Positions 48,412 to 59,140 are shown, counted from the first letter of the stretch. The stretch is DNA of 64,000 nt from Acidimicrobiia bacterium (GCA_965215185.1 OZ244034.1:1408001-1472000); one strand, 5' to 3'. Made by a program: numbers and translations. Notes: generated from the sequence alone by a model not told the origin.

Positions 48412-49197
48412 TCAACAAAAGCTTACCGAGACCGATCCCAGCCGGTCGAAGACTGCCCATACCGTATCTGCGGGTTTTACCGCAATTGCGGCGTGAAGAG
48501 CGCCGGTTAGGACGAAACTTCCCGCGGTGAGTTCCTCTCCGTATCGGGCCAACTCGTTGGCAAGCCAGGCCAACGCGGTGAAAGGACTGCCCATGCACGC
48601 CGCTCCCGCTCCGGTTCCGGCCAGGTCACCGTTGTGGTAAATGGCCATCCCGCACCACCGCAGATCAAAGTCGACCGGAACCACCCGGTCGCTCAACACC
48701 GCGGCTCTTGACGAACCCAGATCGGCAACCGTGTCCACCAGCTTGATACGCCAGTCCGCCACCCGGGAGTCGACCACCTCGATGGAGGCCACTGCCCCTT
48801 CCACCGCCCGAGAGGCGGCCAGGGCTGTTACGCCCGGCCCGCGCAACGTCTCTCCCACCATCAGTGTGATCTCCGCCTCGGCCTTGGGGGCGATCGCCGA
48901 GTCGATGTCCACCCGTTCGCCGCTGTTGTGGGCCATGGTCGAGATCACCGGCGCATAGTCGGGCGTGTTCACTCCCAGCAGCTTTTGCATGGGCTCGGAG
49001 GTCAGCCCGAGTTTGTAGCCGATCAACTCTCCCCCAAGCCACGAAATGAGTTTCTCCGCGAACATCTTTTGGATGGCGTGAGCATCCTCCACTTCCAGGG
49101 TGGGGTCCATGTCGCTGAGCGGCTCGATCGGCACTCCACTGCGATATGAGTCGAACAGGATGTCTGCCCATCTATTCAGTACGCGCTTGTTCTTCAT
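48412..49197 (-). CDS. 2-keto-4-pentenoate hydratase family (FAH superfamily)
   Basis: GYKLGLTS, EAEI, EVVDSR, DTVAD, VLTG. Confidence 0.9.
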   Translation of the reverse strand: MKNKRVLNRWADILFDSYRSGVPIEPLSDMDPTLEVEDAHAIQKMFAEKLISWLGGELIGYKLGLTSEPMQKLLGVNTPDYAPVISTMAHNSGERVDIDSAIAPKAEAEITLMVGETLRGPGVTALAASRAVEGAVASIEVVDSRVADWRIKLVDTVADLGSSRAAVLSDRVVPVDFDLRWCGMAIYHNGDLAGTGAGAACMGSPFTALAWLANELARYGEELTAGSFVLTGALHAAIAVKPADTVWAVFDRLGSVSVSFC

Positions 49198-49274
49198 GGC
49201 CTTCACAAAGATAGCCAGCCACCGCATATGTCGAGGCAACCGCCAATCCTTTTCGTCGGGTAGCCTTGGCTGGT

Positions 49275-49886
49275 ATGACCCGTTTGCTGTTGGTCCGTCA
49301 TGCCCCGGTGGCCACCACCGGAAAGGTCCTGTACGGTCGAGAAAGAGGACACCACCTCACCAAAGAAGGAAAGACCGCCACCCGGCAACTTGCCCAACGC
49401 CTGGCGGGAGTCGACCTGCGGGCGGTCTACTGCTCACCCCTGGAAAGAACCATAGAAACCGCCACCCTATTGGGAAAGCCCCATGAACTTGCACCCGTTG
49501 TCGAAGAACAGCTGATCGAAGTGGACTACGGAGAGTGGACGGGACAGGAACTGAAAACCTTGTACAAGCTGCCGGAGTGGAAAACGGTGGTTCATCAACC
49601 CTCCCGGATGCGCTTTCCCGGCGGCGAATCACTGGCAGAAGCCCAATTGCGAGGAACGAGGGCCTGCGAGAAACTGGTCGGTTTGCATCCGGACGGGGCG
49701 ATAGCCGTCATCACTCACGCCGATATCATCCGTTTGGTGTTGGGGTTTTATCTGGGACAACCGCTTGACCTTCTTTCCAGAATCACCGTGTCCCCCACCT
49801 CGGTTTCGGTGTTGAACATCTCCAAAGAGGGGGCGGTGACCGTGGTAGCGGTCAACTCCAACGGAGATCCGGCCACGTGGCAATGA
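49275..49886 (+). CDS. histidine phosphatase (MSMEG_4193-like)
   Basis: LVRHA, SPLER, E.DYGEW.G, FPGGES, H.D.I. Confidence 0.9.
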   Translation: MTRLLLVRHAPVATTGKVLYGRERGHHLTKEGKTATRQLAQRLAGVDLRAVYCSPLERTIETATLLGKPHELAPVVEEQLIEVDYGEWTGQELKTLYKLPEWKTVVHQPSRMRFPGGESLAEAQLRGTRACEKLVGLHPDGAIAVITHADIIRLVLGFYLGQPLDLLSRITVSPTSVSVLNISKEGAVTVVAVNSNGDPATWQ

Positions 49887-50359
49887 ATAACATCGGGCCG
49901 GCAGAGCGGTTCTTGGTAGGCGCCATTGGACCGCCCGGCAAGCGCCGCTTCTATTTCCAGGTAGTGGCCGATGGCCAGCAGCATTCCATGCTGGCCGAAA
50001 AGCAGCAGGTGGAGGCTCTGGCCTCCCAGGGATGGCGCAGCCTGCAGCGTTCCGGGGTGTTGGTGGACAACGGGGCGGTGGAAGCCATCCTGGGCACCGA
50101 TCTGGAAATAGTCGATCCCGCCGGCAGTGAGGACTTTCGGGTGGGAACCATCAACGTCGGGATCCGACCGTCGGGCCTTATGAACCTCTCCTTCGAGTCG
50201 GATCGAGATGACCAGGGACTGATGTTCATGGTGTCACCCGAGCAGTTCCGAGCCATGGTGGTGATCGCTCGCAAGTTGGTCAGAGCCGGACGGCCGATCT
50301 GTCCCTGGTGTCGACTGCCCAAGGACCCCGATGCTCATGAGTGTCCCGCCCGCAACTGA
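49877..50359 (+). CDS. DUF3090 family protein
   Basis: G.PG.R.FYFQ, EKQQV, AGRP.CP.C..P.D..H.CPA.N. Confidence 0.88.
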   Translation: MAMNNIGPAERFLVGAIGPPGKRRFYFQVVADGQQHSMLAEKQQVEALASQGWRSLQRSGVLVDNGAVEAILGTDLEIVDPAGSEDFRVGTINVGIRPSGLMNLSFESDRDDQGLMFMVSPEQFRAMVVIARKLVRAGRPICPWCRLPKDPDAHECPARN

Positions 50360-51050
50360 ACATCAGACCGACCGGCTGGTCATCTCCGATCTGGTGGGCA
50401 GGTTCAGGTCCGCCTCCAACGCCACGTTCCTTGGGCGAGATCCCGACGACGATCTTTGGGTCTACAAACCGACCGCGGGAGTGCGCCAACTATGGGATTT
50501 TCCTGCTCACACCCTGACCAACCGGGAAATCATGGCCTATGAGGTGAGCACCTGGATGGAACTTGACCTGGTTCCCGAAACGGTGGAGGCCGAAGGGCCG
50601 TTGGGGTCAGGAGCAGCTCAGCGCTTTCTGGAACCTGATGTCGACTTTGACATTCGATTGTGGTTCGAAGACCAGATGCATCCTCGGCTATGGCCGGTGG
50701 CGGTGTTCGACCTGGTCGCCAATAACGCCGACCGAAAGCTCGGACACATGCTCAAGGAATCCAAAAGCGGACGCATCTTCGCTATCGATCATGGCCTCAC
50801 CTTTCACACCCAGGACAAATTGCGGACCGTACTATGGGGCTTCGCCGGACATCCGATTCCCGACTCATGCATGGAATCGGTATCCCGGCTGCGGGAAGCG
50901 CTGGTTGGGGAGATGGCGTTGCGGACCGCCGAGCTTCTCACCGAGATGGAAGCGGACGCCCTTCGCCGCCGAACCGAGAACCTTCTGGACGATCCCGTCC
51001 ATCCCCACCCCCCGGTGGACCGCTCCGCCCTGCCCTGGCCCCTTTGGTGA
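50331..51050 (+). CDS. SCO1664 family PI3/PI4-kinase-like protein
   Basis: ASNATF, YKP..G.R.LWDFP, NNADRK.GH, IDHGLTF, KLRTVLWG. Confidence 0.9.
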   Translation: MLMSVPPATEHQTDRLVISDLVGRFRSASNATFLGRDPDDDLWVYKPTAGVRQLWDFPAHTLTNREIMAYEVSTWMELDLVPETVEAEGPLGSGAAQRFLEPDVDFDIRLWFEDQMHPRLWPVAVFDLVANNADRKLGHMLKESKSGRIFAIDHGLTFHTQDKLRTVLWGFAGHPIPDSCMESVSRLREALVGEMALRTAELLTEMEADALRRRTENLLDDPVHPHPPVDRSALPWPLW

Positions 51051-51058
51051 CCTAATGG

Positions 51059-51787
51059 CTATTGGATGGCGGCCAGCGCGGAGAGAACGCCCTGACTCGC
51101 TGCCGGATTCAGATCAGGATCGGTGAGCGCCGCCTCCAAGGAGGGGACTTGGCGCATCAAGGCGTTGGACACCACCGCCGCATCCTCGGTTCGGGTGGCC
51201 CGGGTGATTTCCGCCGTCTCCGACAATCGGTAGGCCAGAACATCCACGAAGGTGGCGATGACATCCACCTTCCATAGCAGATCCTCCCCTTGGGCCACCG
51301 TCAGCTTGAAGGTCCGATCCTCTGGCGCCGAGGAGGGGGCCAGCCCGAAGTCGGCGAACAGCACCCCACCCGCCTGATAACGGCGCTGGGAGACCGACAC
51401 CAGATCCGCCACGGGGTTGGACAGAAACTCCTCGGTAACCTCGGTAAACCCTGCCCAGAAGTTGACTCCCACCCCCACTTCTCCTAGCTGCAGATAGTCC
51501 GAGACGATCTCGATATCGGCTCCCTCCGTCAGGGCCACCAAGGCCATCTGACCCTCCACAGTCATCCTTGCCGCCTCCTCCCATCGGCCAGCGGCCAGGG
51601 CCGACAAGAGAGCAGAGACGGTCTCCTCCGGCTCGGAGTATCCGGCGGGGGGAGGTGGTAGTGAGGTGACAGGGGTAACCGAGTCCGAAACGCCGTCATC
51701 GCCGCATCCGGCCAGCCCCACCCCGGAAACCAACAGGGCCGCGGCCAGAATGCCCATTCTCACCGGTAGTAGGCGCAATCTGCCCAT
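51059..51787 (-). CDS. putative lipoprotein
   Basis: Signal peptide with LAGC lipobox. Confidence 0.75.
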   Translation of the reverse strand: MGRLRLLPVRMGILAAALLVSGVGLAGCGDDGVSDSVTPVTSLPPPPAGYSEPEETVSALLSALAAGRWEEAARMTVEGQMALVALTEGADIEIVSDYLQLGEVGVGVNFWAGFTEVTEEFLSNPVADLVSVSQRRYQAGGVLFADFGLAPSSAPEDRTFKLTVAQGEDLLWKVDVIATFVDVLAYRLSETAEITRATRTEDAAVVSNALMRQVPSLEAALTDPDLNPAASQGVLSALAAIQ

Positions 51788-52308
51788 CAAGACAGCTTCC
51801 CGGTTTGTAGGAAGCGATTGCGCACCTGCGAAGACCCCAAACCTGACCTTCCCAACAAAACCCACAGATAGAGGAGGCCGATCCCTTCGGCCAGCCATCG
51901 CCACGGATCGGACCCAGCCCGGGCTACCGCCCCAGGCCAGAACGGGAGCGTCTCAGCGGGAAACGCCCATCCCCCCAAGGGCCACCACAGCACCGTCGTC
52001 TCCAGCCAGATCCCGTCTGCCACAAGGTGAATCAGCCATCCCACCATCATCACCATGAGATTGCGCCGGGCCCGGCCGTGACGATGGGTGAATAAAAGAA
52101 CCGCCACGCCCACCACCATCGTCACCGCGAGGCTGTGAGCAAAGATCTCGCCCGAGGAGAACGTGGCAGCCCAGATCAGCGTCCCCACCGGCAAATCCAG
52201 CAGGTCGGGCGCCAACGCTCCAGCCAGCAACCATCGCAGATCCGCCTGCGGATCGCGAAACACCCACCGGAACCCGAAAAGAGCAGTAGCCAGATGCCAA
52301 AGGATCAC
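51787..52308 (-). CDS. membrane metal-dependent hydrolase (YdjM-like)
   Basis: PDLLD, HSL, HLVAD, WP motifs. Confidence 0.85.
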   Translation of the reverse strand: MILWHLATALFGFRWVFRDPQADLRWLLAGALAPDLLDLPVGTLIWAATFSSGEIFAHSLAVTMVVGVAVLLFTHRHGRARRNLMVMMVGWLIHLVADGIWLETTVLWWPLGGWAFPAETLPFWPGAVARAGSDPWRWLAEGIGLLYLWVLLGRSGLGSSQVRNRFLQTGKLS

Positions 52309-52757
52309 GAGTCCAGCGCCTGGTTGGCCAGCTGATCGGCCCAGCGGTTCTTCTCCCGGGGTACGTGTTCGACACTCACCTTCGGGAAGTCAGCCAACAA
52401 ATGCAGGGCCCGCTGGTGCAGGGGTCGCAGTAATGCAGACTTGACCCGGTAAACACCCATCAGTTGACGCACCAGCAGCTGCGAATCCGAGCGCAATGCC
52501 AGCCGAGCGGGGCGAAAGTCGGCGGCCATCTCCAATCCCTCCACCACCGCCTGATACTCGGCGACGTTGTTGGTGCTCCGGCCGATAGCGCGGCTCAGTT
52601 CGGCCACCACGTTGTCCGAAGTCGGAGTTCCCCGATACAGGACCGCCCCCACCGCCGCCGGACCCGGGTTGCCGCGGCAGGCTCCGTCCGTGTAGAGGAA
52701 GAAATAGTCGTCCACGAAAAGAGTTAGATCACCAGAATTCTTCGGCAATGCGGGCAC
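52305..52757 (-). CDS. rnhA: ribonuclease HI (true start probably ~52715)
   Basis: YTDGACRGNPG, TNNVAEY, DSQL, HVPRE.N..AD.LAN. Confidence 0.93.
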   Translation of the reverse strand: MPALPKNSGDLTLFVDDYFFLYTDGACRGNPGPAAVGAVLYRGTPTSDNVVAELSRAIGRSTNNVAEYQAVVEGLEMAADFRPARLALRSDSQLLVRQLMGVYRVKSALLRPLHQRALHLLADFPKVSVEHVPREKNRWADQLANQALDS

Positions 52758-53425
52758 CGGGCCGGATCGGTTTCCGCAGCCCCCTGACGCTCTGATTCGG
52801 AAAGCGCCAAATTACAACCACCACAAATGCTTCCCTCCAAGCGACCGGCTGCCACTCCTCCCTTGCTTCGGCGAAGGGATTCGTACATCTCCAGAATCTC
52901 GGAGGGAACCGGGTCGGCGAGTTGGGCTCGATCGGACCGCAGTTTCGCCAATTCGGCGTCGATCTTCCCCCAGATCTTGCGAACCACCTCTCCCAGATCG
53001 CTCTCCAAGGACCGGGCTGTTTCCAATTCGGCCGACAACTCCCCCAGGCGGACCGAGACCTTCTCCCTGCGTTCCATCACATCCAGCGCTTCGGACTCCC
53101 TTTCGGTGATACGTACGCGCAGCGACTGCACTTCCAGCCGACGATTCTCGGTCTCTTTGGAAGTCATACCCCCGCCGAACAGCCGCTTTTCAGATATTTT
53201 CAGCCGCTCCTCCATAATTTGCAACTCACCGTTGGCCTTGTCGAACTGCAGATCGAGTGACCTTGCCTCCCCGAGAATCTCGTCATGCTCAGATTCGACA
53301 GTCTGCCTTCTTTGGTGCAACCGCCGAAATTCCTCCCACTCCGGCAGGGTCACTTTCCTTCGCTCCAGCCGATCGATCTCCAGATCAATGGCCTGCAAGG
53401 CCACCAGGTCGTAGGAGAGATTCAT
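52724..53425 (-). CDS. coiled-coil C4 zinc-ribbon protein (DUF164/CT398-like)
   Basis: LQ..D.EI coiled coil; CGGC...CPHC.RIL. Confidence 0.9.
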   Translation of the reverse strand: MNLSYDLVALQAIDLEIDRLERRKVTLPEWEEFRRLHQRRQTVESEHDEILGEARSLDLQFDKANGELQIMEERLKISEKRLFGGGMTSKETENRRLEVQSLRVRITERESEALDVMERREKVSVRLGELSAELETARSLESDLGEVVRKIWGKIDAELAKLRSDRAQLADPVPSEILEMYESLRRSKGGVAAGRLEGSICGGCNLALSESERQGAAETDPARCPHCRRILVI

Positions 53426-54537
53426 GCCGACAAACTCCCCATCCTGATTATCGGACCCGGACGCAACCCGGTCAAGTCCAAGGTGTCAGGCGCCACCTGC
53501 GCCACCAGTTGCGCCAGCCTCCTCACCCCGGGCCCCTCAGTGGCGGCGTGTCCCGGATCGATCACCTCCACTCCCAGGTGTGCAGCCTGAGCCATCTGAT
53601 GATGAGAAACGTCTCCGGTGACGATAAGGTCAGCGCCCGTGGCCGCGGCGGCCGTCAGAAAAGAACCGCCCGACCCGGGTAGGACCGCCACTTTAGCCAC
53701 TTTCCTATAGCCCATTCGGCCGCAGCGCATGCCCACCACCCCTAATGCTTCGGCCACTCGGTCGGCGAATTCATCCGCCGGGATCGGCTCGCCGAGCATT
53801 CCCACCCGCCCCACCATGGGAAGGTTGGCCGACACCGGGTAGAAATCAAATGCCGGCTCCTCGTAGGGATGGGCAGCCACCAGCGCGGCAGCCAACGCCG
53901 ACTTTCTCGCGGCGGGGGCGATCATCTCCAACCGGACTTCAGGAACCCGGTTGCGCTCTCCAACCTCTCCCAACACCGGAGCCGCACCCTTTTGGGGAAG
54001 AAAGCCTCCCACTCCTTGGCTTCGATAGCTGCACCCGCGGTACCTGCCGATCTGGCCAGCGCCAGCCGACGCCAACGCCTCGGCCACCTGCTCGGTAGAC
54101 CCGTCGGGTACAAAGGTCACCACTTTGACTTGAGGGTAGACATCCATAGGCCCGAAGCCCCTCACCTGCTCCAAGCCCAGGCTGGCAGCCAGAGCATCGG
54201 CCGCGCCACCGGTACAGACATCAAAAGCGGTGTGAGCCACAGCCAAGGCCACTCCCATTCTCACCAGCCGGAAGGCCAGACCCTCCGGCCCTGGCCCGGC
54301 TCGCAGGGAACGCAGCGGTCGGAACAGGAGCGGGTGATAGGTGACCAAAAGGTCCACCGGCTCCTCCTCCAAGACCCCCAGCACCTCGGCGGTTACCTCG
54401 TGGCATACCCCGGCCGTTCTCACCGGCTGTTCGGGATCGCCAAGCGTCAAGCCGCTCACATCCCATTCAGCCGCTTGATCCCAGGGAATTGAGGTGGAGA
54501 GCTCTTCCAGCACCGCAGCAACCGAGCGTTCAGACAT
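53422..54537 (-). CDS. Nif3-like dinuclear metal centre hexameric protein
   Basis: A.EWD..GL, HPLLF, HT.FD, HPYEEPAFD, TGD..HH, H..TE. Confidence 0.93.
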   Translation of the reverse strand: MSERSVAAVLEELSTSIPWDQAAEWDVSGLTLGDPEQPVRTAGVCHEVTAEVLGVLEEEPVDLLVTYHPLLFRPLRSLRAGPGPEGLAFRLVRMGVALAVAHTAFDVCTGGAADALAASLGLEQVRGFGPMDVYPQVKVVTFVPDGSTEQVAEALASAGAGQIGRYRGCSYRSQGVGGFLPQKGAAPVLGEVGERNRVPEVRLEMIAPAARKSALAAALVAAHPYEEPAFDFYPVSANLPMVGRVGMLGEPIPADEFADRVAEALGVVGMRCGRMGYRKVAKVAVLPGSGGSFLTAAAATGADLIVTGDVSHHQMAQAAHLGVEVIDPGHAATEGPGVRRLAQLVAQVAPDTLDLTGLRPGPIIRMGSLSA

Positions 54538-55105
54538 CCGATAAGAAGGGTACCGCGCCCCACCACACTATAAACGGGAAACCTATGACCCGCAATAGGC
54601 GCGGCAAAAGAGAAATGGTGGGCCTCCAGGTACTGCACCGCGAACTTTCGAGCCGGGCATGACGCTGTAGCCACTATGCCTCCCGGGCGCCTCGGGCGGG
54701 GCCGTACTCAAGGAGCACCGAGCAGCCGGCGATGTTGGCCAAGTCGGATTCAAGGTCAAAGCATTGGCCAGCCACGATGTCGCAGTAGGAGTCGAAGAAA
54801 TGGTGGCCAGTTTGCCACCACCCCTGACCTGCGCTATAGCAGGGGGTCTCGGGAGGACACCACAATTTAAGGAGGTAGGACACCACAATTGGAAACCACT
54901 CTAGAACGCGGCCCTAGAGTGGCCGCCGGAGCGAAACTGAAAGCACTCGACCAAGAACCGGGGTTCCCATGTAAACGTGCTTCCCGGCAGCCGTTGCACG
55001 GCAAGCCGACCTACCCGACCCGCTTTTCGACCCAACACCAAGACCCCGGCGGAGCGTTGCAACCACCGGCGGGAACCAGATGACCACTCCTTTTGCTCGC
55101 TTAGC

Positions 55106-55411
55106 TATTTAGGGAACATCCACTCGAAGTGTCGTTCGCCGGACTCTACATGAAATACCCAATCCTCGAACCGATCGAGGAAAACCACCAGTTTCTGGTC
55201 GTAAACCCCGTATCCGGCATGCACAACCACATTGGGCCGATCCTCTGCGTCCAAGCCCGTTCAGACAGTGTCGGGGTGAGTTCAACCGCTTCTGATAGGA
55301 GCATGGTCTCCAATGGATTAACCAGGACTGCATCAATGTCGAATTTGGTAATCCCGTATTTGAGAGTTGATCGAGTTATGTAATCGAGTTATGTAGGGGA
55401 CATCCCTCAAA
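55106..55411 (-). pseudogene. frameshifted small toxin-like (RelE/BrnT-like) ORF
   Basis: ITRSTLKYGITKFDIDAVL.NP start and ..LVVFLD..WVFHV end lie in different frames; 13-bp tandem duplication ATCGAGTTATGTA near the start. Confidence 0.35.
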
Positions 55412-55416
55412 TGTGC

Positions 55417-55704
55417 CTAACGAACAGGAAATAGATAAGTTTCCACGCCTGCCCTTTGGGTGGGATTCAGGAGGCTGAGGATATGGTCGCGGTCCTTGAT
55501 CGGGCGGTTAGCGATTCGGCGAGCCGCTCTTTCTGGACTGAGAGCGTTCAAATAGTATCGCCAGTCGTCATCTGTATAGGCATCGGCCATGGCATCCGCG
55601 ATTCGCCGTGCCTGCTCTATTTCCTCGGGTCCGGCGGACACCCAATTGCTGGGATCGCGGCCCAACTGGCAGATAGCCTCTATCTTCTCTGGTGTCCACC
55701 GCAT
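55417..55704 (-). CDS. small hypothetical protein, similar to 3530-3871
   Basis: 95 aa helical ORF between the direct repeats. Confidence 0.55.
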   Translation of the reverse strand: MRWTPEKIEAICQLGRDPSNWVSAGPEEIEQARRIADAMADAYTDDDWRYYLNALSPERAARRIANRPIKDRDHILSLLNPTQRAGVETYLFPVR

Positions 55705-56907
55705 GTAACCCAAGCATAAAGCTCCCGTAGCGCGCCCTTGAACTAGACGCAAAGCCGTCTTCTTTCCAGACGATGATCGTGGGACCGGAACCTCACGACC
55801 CGCGCTTCGGTTGTCATGGCTCGTCTCCCCGCAACCCCATGGCGAAGTCCTGATTCTGTGAACGGTAAGGACACCACAATTCTGAGAGGGGGGGATGTGA
55901 GAGGGGGGACACCACAATTGGGAAGCACCTATCCACGGTGTCTCGGTTTTGGTTGGTGGGGGTTAGCCGCCACCCCTGACCTGCGCCTTAACAGGGGTTC
56001 TTGGGAGGACACCACAATTGGGGCAGGGAGGACACCACAATTCTGAACCTCGTGAATTCCTCCTCATGCTGGGGGATTTACCTGGCCCTTCGCGAATTCG
56101 TGGGGCGCGAGAACCTTGGATTGTGAAGCTCAGTGGCCCAACTGTGTCGGATGAAGAACCATCGGTTGAGCCTTTGCTCTCGCCCTTGACCATCCAATTA
56201 CGGTGGGCTGGCGCGAAAAAGCTATTTCCCGAAGTCAGAGGATTGCCCCAGAAAGATTTTGGAAGGGATGTCCGCGGTAGTCGTTCCGGCTCCAGCGAAA
56301 GCACCTCGATTCCCTACAGGTACCTGGCGTGGAATACGCGGCACACCTCTCCGGGTTGCCTGAAGTCTTGCCTCAGGCCCACTTCTATTTCTCGCCAAGC
56401 CTCTCCCCTATACCTACCACCAAGCGATAAATCCAGTGTGTTGTTTTGCCCCGTGTCCCGCATCAAGCATATCAGTATACTCAAAATACGGGTACTAGAA
56501 GGTCTTTAGTGTATCATGTACGCGTCAAGCCGCCAAGACCAATGTGCCGATTCGTAGTCTCTGGCTTTGATGAACTCCATCATCGACAGCCCATCCTCGC
56601 CGTAAGCACCCATCTGCCAAGGGATAGTGAGTTGCTCTGATAGGTCAAAACTTTGGTAGCACACGATTATGTCGTCCATAAGTTCTTATATTTGTTCGAA
56701 GTCGTATGCTGGTAAACCCGGTGGGCAGCACACGTTCTCGGGGCCCTCTGTGATCATTTGTTTCACGAGAGCATCCACATCAACACTCGTGGCAGGGCGG
56801 GCGGTCATGGTCATACTCCCCTTCATTGTACTATCGGGATGGGTTGCACGCAACCATTAACCCCCGATGTTTTACCTTGTGGGAAAGCGAACAATAGCAC
56901 CAACCTC

Positions 56908-57502
56908 GGCAAGCTCTAGCGGTGGTTGCTCGTTAGTTGATTGTAGAGGTCCTGGGGGCTGTGCCAGTTGTGTAGTCGTCGTGGCATGAGGTTGAGGTTG
57001 TCTTCGATGATGGAGAGGGGTATTTGGCCGATGTTGAGGTTGGTGCTTTTGGGCAGCCAGCGGCGGAGCATGCCGTTGGTGTGCTCGTTGGTGGCCCGTT
57101 GCCAGGGTGATCGGGGGTCGCAGAAATAGACCGAGAGACCGGTCTGCTGTTCGACAGAGCACCATTGGCTCATTTCTCTTCCTTGGTCCCAGGTGAGCGT
57201 TTTCCGCAGAGGTTTGGGAACGCGGGAGAAGGCGTCGCAGATGGCCTGGGCGGTGTGGGGAGCGCGGTAGCCGTTGGGCAGAGCGGCTAGGAGGGTGTGG
57301 CGGGTGACCCGTTCGGTGAGCGTTACCACCGCCGTGCGGTTGTGGGCGCCGATGATCAAATCGCCTCACCGAGTGACCGGGTTCGAGGCGTTCCTCGATA
57401 TCGGGAGGACGGTCACCGATGGGTCGGATGTCACCGAGTGGGCTGCGTTTTGCCTGTTCACAGCGGCTGCGTGGCTTCCGCCGCCTGCGGCGGCTTGGCC
57501 GT
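56908..57502 (-). mobile_element. IS30 family transposase 3' fragment with right end
   Basis: RP..IE.R..PGH/GDLIIG (frameshifted), TLTWDQGREM, YFCDP.SPWQR.TNE.TNG.LR. Confidence 0.9.
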
Positions 57503-57920
57503 ACGTCTTCTGTGTTCTGGTAGATGGAAGGTAGGGGGGATCGACGTAGATTAGGCAGTCCTGGCCGGAGAAGCGCTTCATGACATCCAATGCCGGTCGG
57601 TTCTCGATTTCAGCGTCTTTCAGACGGTTTGCCAGTTCAGCCAACTCAGACGGAACTCGCTGCCATCGAATCGACATTCCGCGCGCGCTGCTTCGACCCG
57701 CGGTTCTTCCATCCCGTTTTCTTTGCCAGGTCGCTGGCGTGGGCCTGCCAAACCCGAACGACGAACCTGCGGGCATCTTCGAGCGAATCGCCGGTCCCCG
57801 TGTCCGACAAGTCGTATTACTCTCTTGACCAGGGAGTTGTCTCCAACAGCCAGCACAACTCGGCGGTCTGATAGCGCAGAGCACGGAAGAAGTTGACTAC
57901 TTCTCCATTCAAGTCGTTGA
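57503..57920 (-). pseudogene. DNA adenine methyltransferase (Dam/D12 class) internal fragment
   Basis: VNDLNGEVVNFFR, IENRPALDV, IYVDPPY; in-frame stop and frameshift; both ends cut. Confidence 0.85.
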
Positions 57921-58475
57921 CAAGCTCATCCTCAAACTCCTCACCGAAGGAACGGGAGTCAACGCCACCACCCGCATAGTCGGCTGTTCCAAAAACACCG
58001 TCCTCAAACTCCTCGCCGACGCCGGACGCGTCAGCGCCCAATATCAAGACCAAACCCTCCGGAACTTGGAATGCCGCCGCATCCAAGCCGACGAAATCTG
58101 GTCGTTCGTGTACGCCAAGAAAGACACCCAGACAGACAACCCCGAAACTGGTGATATGTGGACATGGGTACCGATCTGCGAAGACAGCAAACTCATACCG
58201 ACCTGGTGGATCAGCGACTGCACCTACAACACTGGCGTTCTGTTCATGGAAGACCTCGCCAGTCGCATGGCTCATCCCATCCAGCTAACCACCGACGGGC
58301 TCGCCGCATACCTCGACGCCGTCCAGGACTCCTTTGGTGACTGGATGGTCGACCACCGAATCCTCAAACGCAAATACCCCACCGCCCAGACCGCTCGCAC
58401 CAGCTACATCGAGCCGCAGAACCTCACCATGCGCATGAACATCCACCGCTACTCGCGGCGCACCAACGCCTTCTC
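57921..58475 (+). mobile_element. IS1 family transposase fragment
   Basis: L.EG..V....R..GCSKNTV HTH, IQADEIWSFV..K, QLTTDG..AY, TSYIE.QNLTMR..RRTNAFS. Confidence 0.85.
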
Positions 58476-58531
58476 CGGCGCCCTCTTGGTGCGGCAGGCC
58501 CCTCACTGCCGCATCTCTGGCGGCGGCCGGC

Positions 58532-59140
58532 GTGAGTTCGGAGCCCCGGGATAGGGCCTTCGTGCGGAGGGAGCGCGACACCGGCATCCTCGAGGCGTGG
58601 GGCACTGTGAGTCCGGAAATCAACCAGATAGCTACGCGATGGAGGCGGAAACTCGCCGGTTTCCACGAGATAGTGGATGCCTTGGGGGTGGATGTCGGTC
58701 CTAACGATGCTCTCCGTTCGCAAGCGGGCATGTTGCTGTCAATGTGTTCGAATGCGGACCTGATGGAGGAATGGCGGGAGAGAAGGGAGAAACTCCGTCC
58801 CGAAGGGGAGGTTCCGGATTGGTACGGGCTCATAGCGGATGTGAATGAACCGGCCTGCATAGTGGCCTCCGTCCTCCTTGCCGGAGAGGCAAAGAGGCTA
58901 CGGTGGGCGGGGGTGACCATGGCGGGGGATCCCTCTCCTGTTGATGCTTCTTTCTCCGCAACCGCATTGCGGTTCGGCACCTTAATAATGATTGTGGCGA
59001 CCTCTATTGTTTTGACTTGGGTTCTGTTCCGAGGCGACCAAGCCACCATCCTCAAAGCCCGGGCGAGCGCCGAAAGCGCGGCGACCTGTTCCATTCTTGA
59101 TGGTATCTGGAACGCAGATAATGACCCGCCATGCAGATAA
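58532..59140 (+). CDS. hypothetical protein, possibly chimeric
   Basis: 202-aa ORF with no recognised motif. Confidence 0.3.
   Translation: MSSEPRDRAFVRRERDTGILEAWGTVSPEINQIATRWRRKLAGFHEIVDALGVDVGPNDALRSQAGMLLSMCSNADLMEEWRERREKLRPEGEVPDWYGLIADVNEPACIVASVLLAGEAKRLRWAGVTMAGDPSPVDASFSATALRFGTLIMIVATSIVLTWVLFRGDQATILKARASAESAATCSILDGIWNADNDPPCR

Larger units (their letters stand above)
54817..56042 (+). repeat. six direct copies of GGACACCACAATT, four of them inside two ~75-bp direct repeats
   Basis: Copies start at 54855, 54878, 55869, 55907, 56007, 56030; long units ~54817-54890 and ~55969-56042 both begin CCACCCCTGACCTGCGC. Confidence 0.9.

Noticed and set aside
51787-54800. RNase P RNA (often near Nif3/RNase H in actinobacteria) or a tRNA integration site
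   Set aside because: No GAGGAAAGTCC motif or tRNA cloverleaf seen
54855-56042. CRISPR array
   Set aside because: Repeats are only 13 bp, gaps are 10, 25, 87 and ~980 bp, and no cas genes are present
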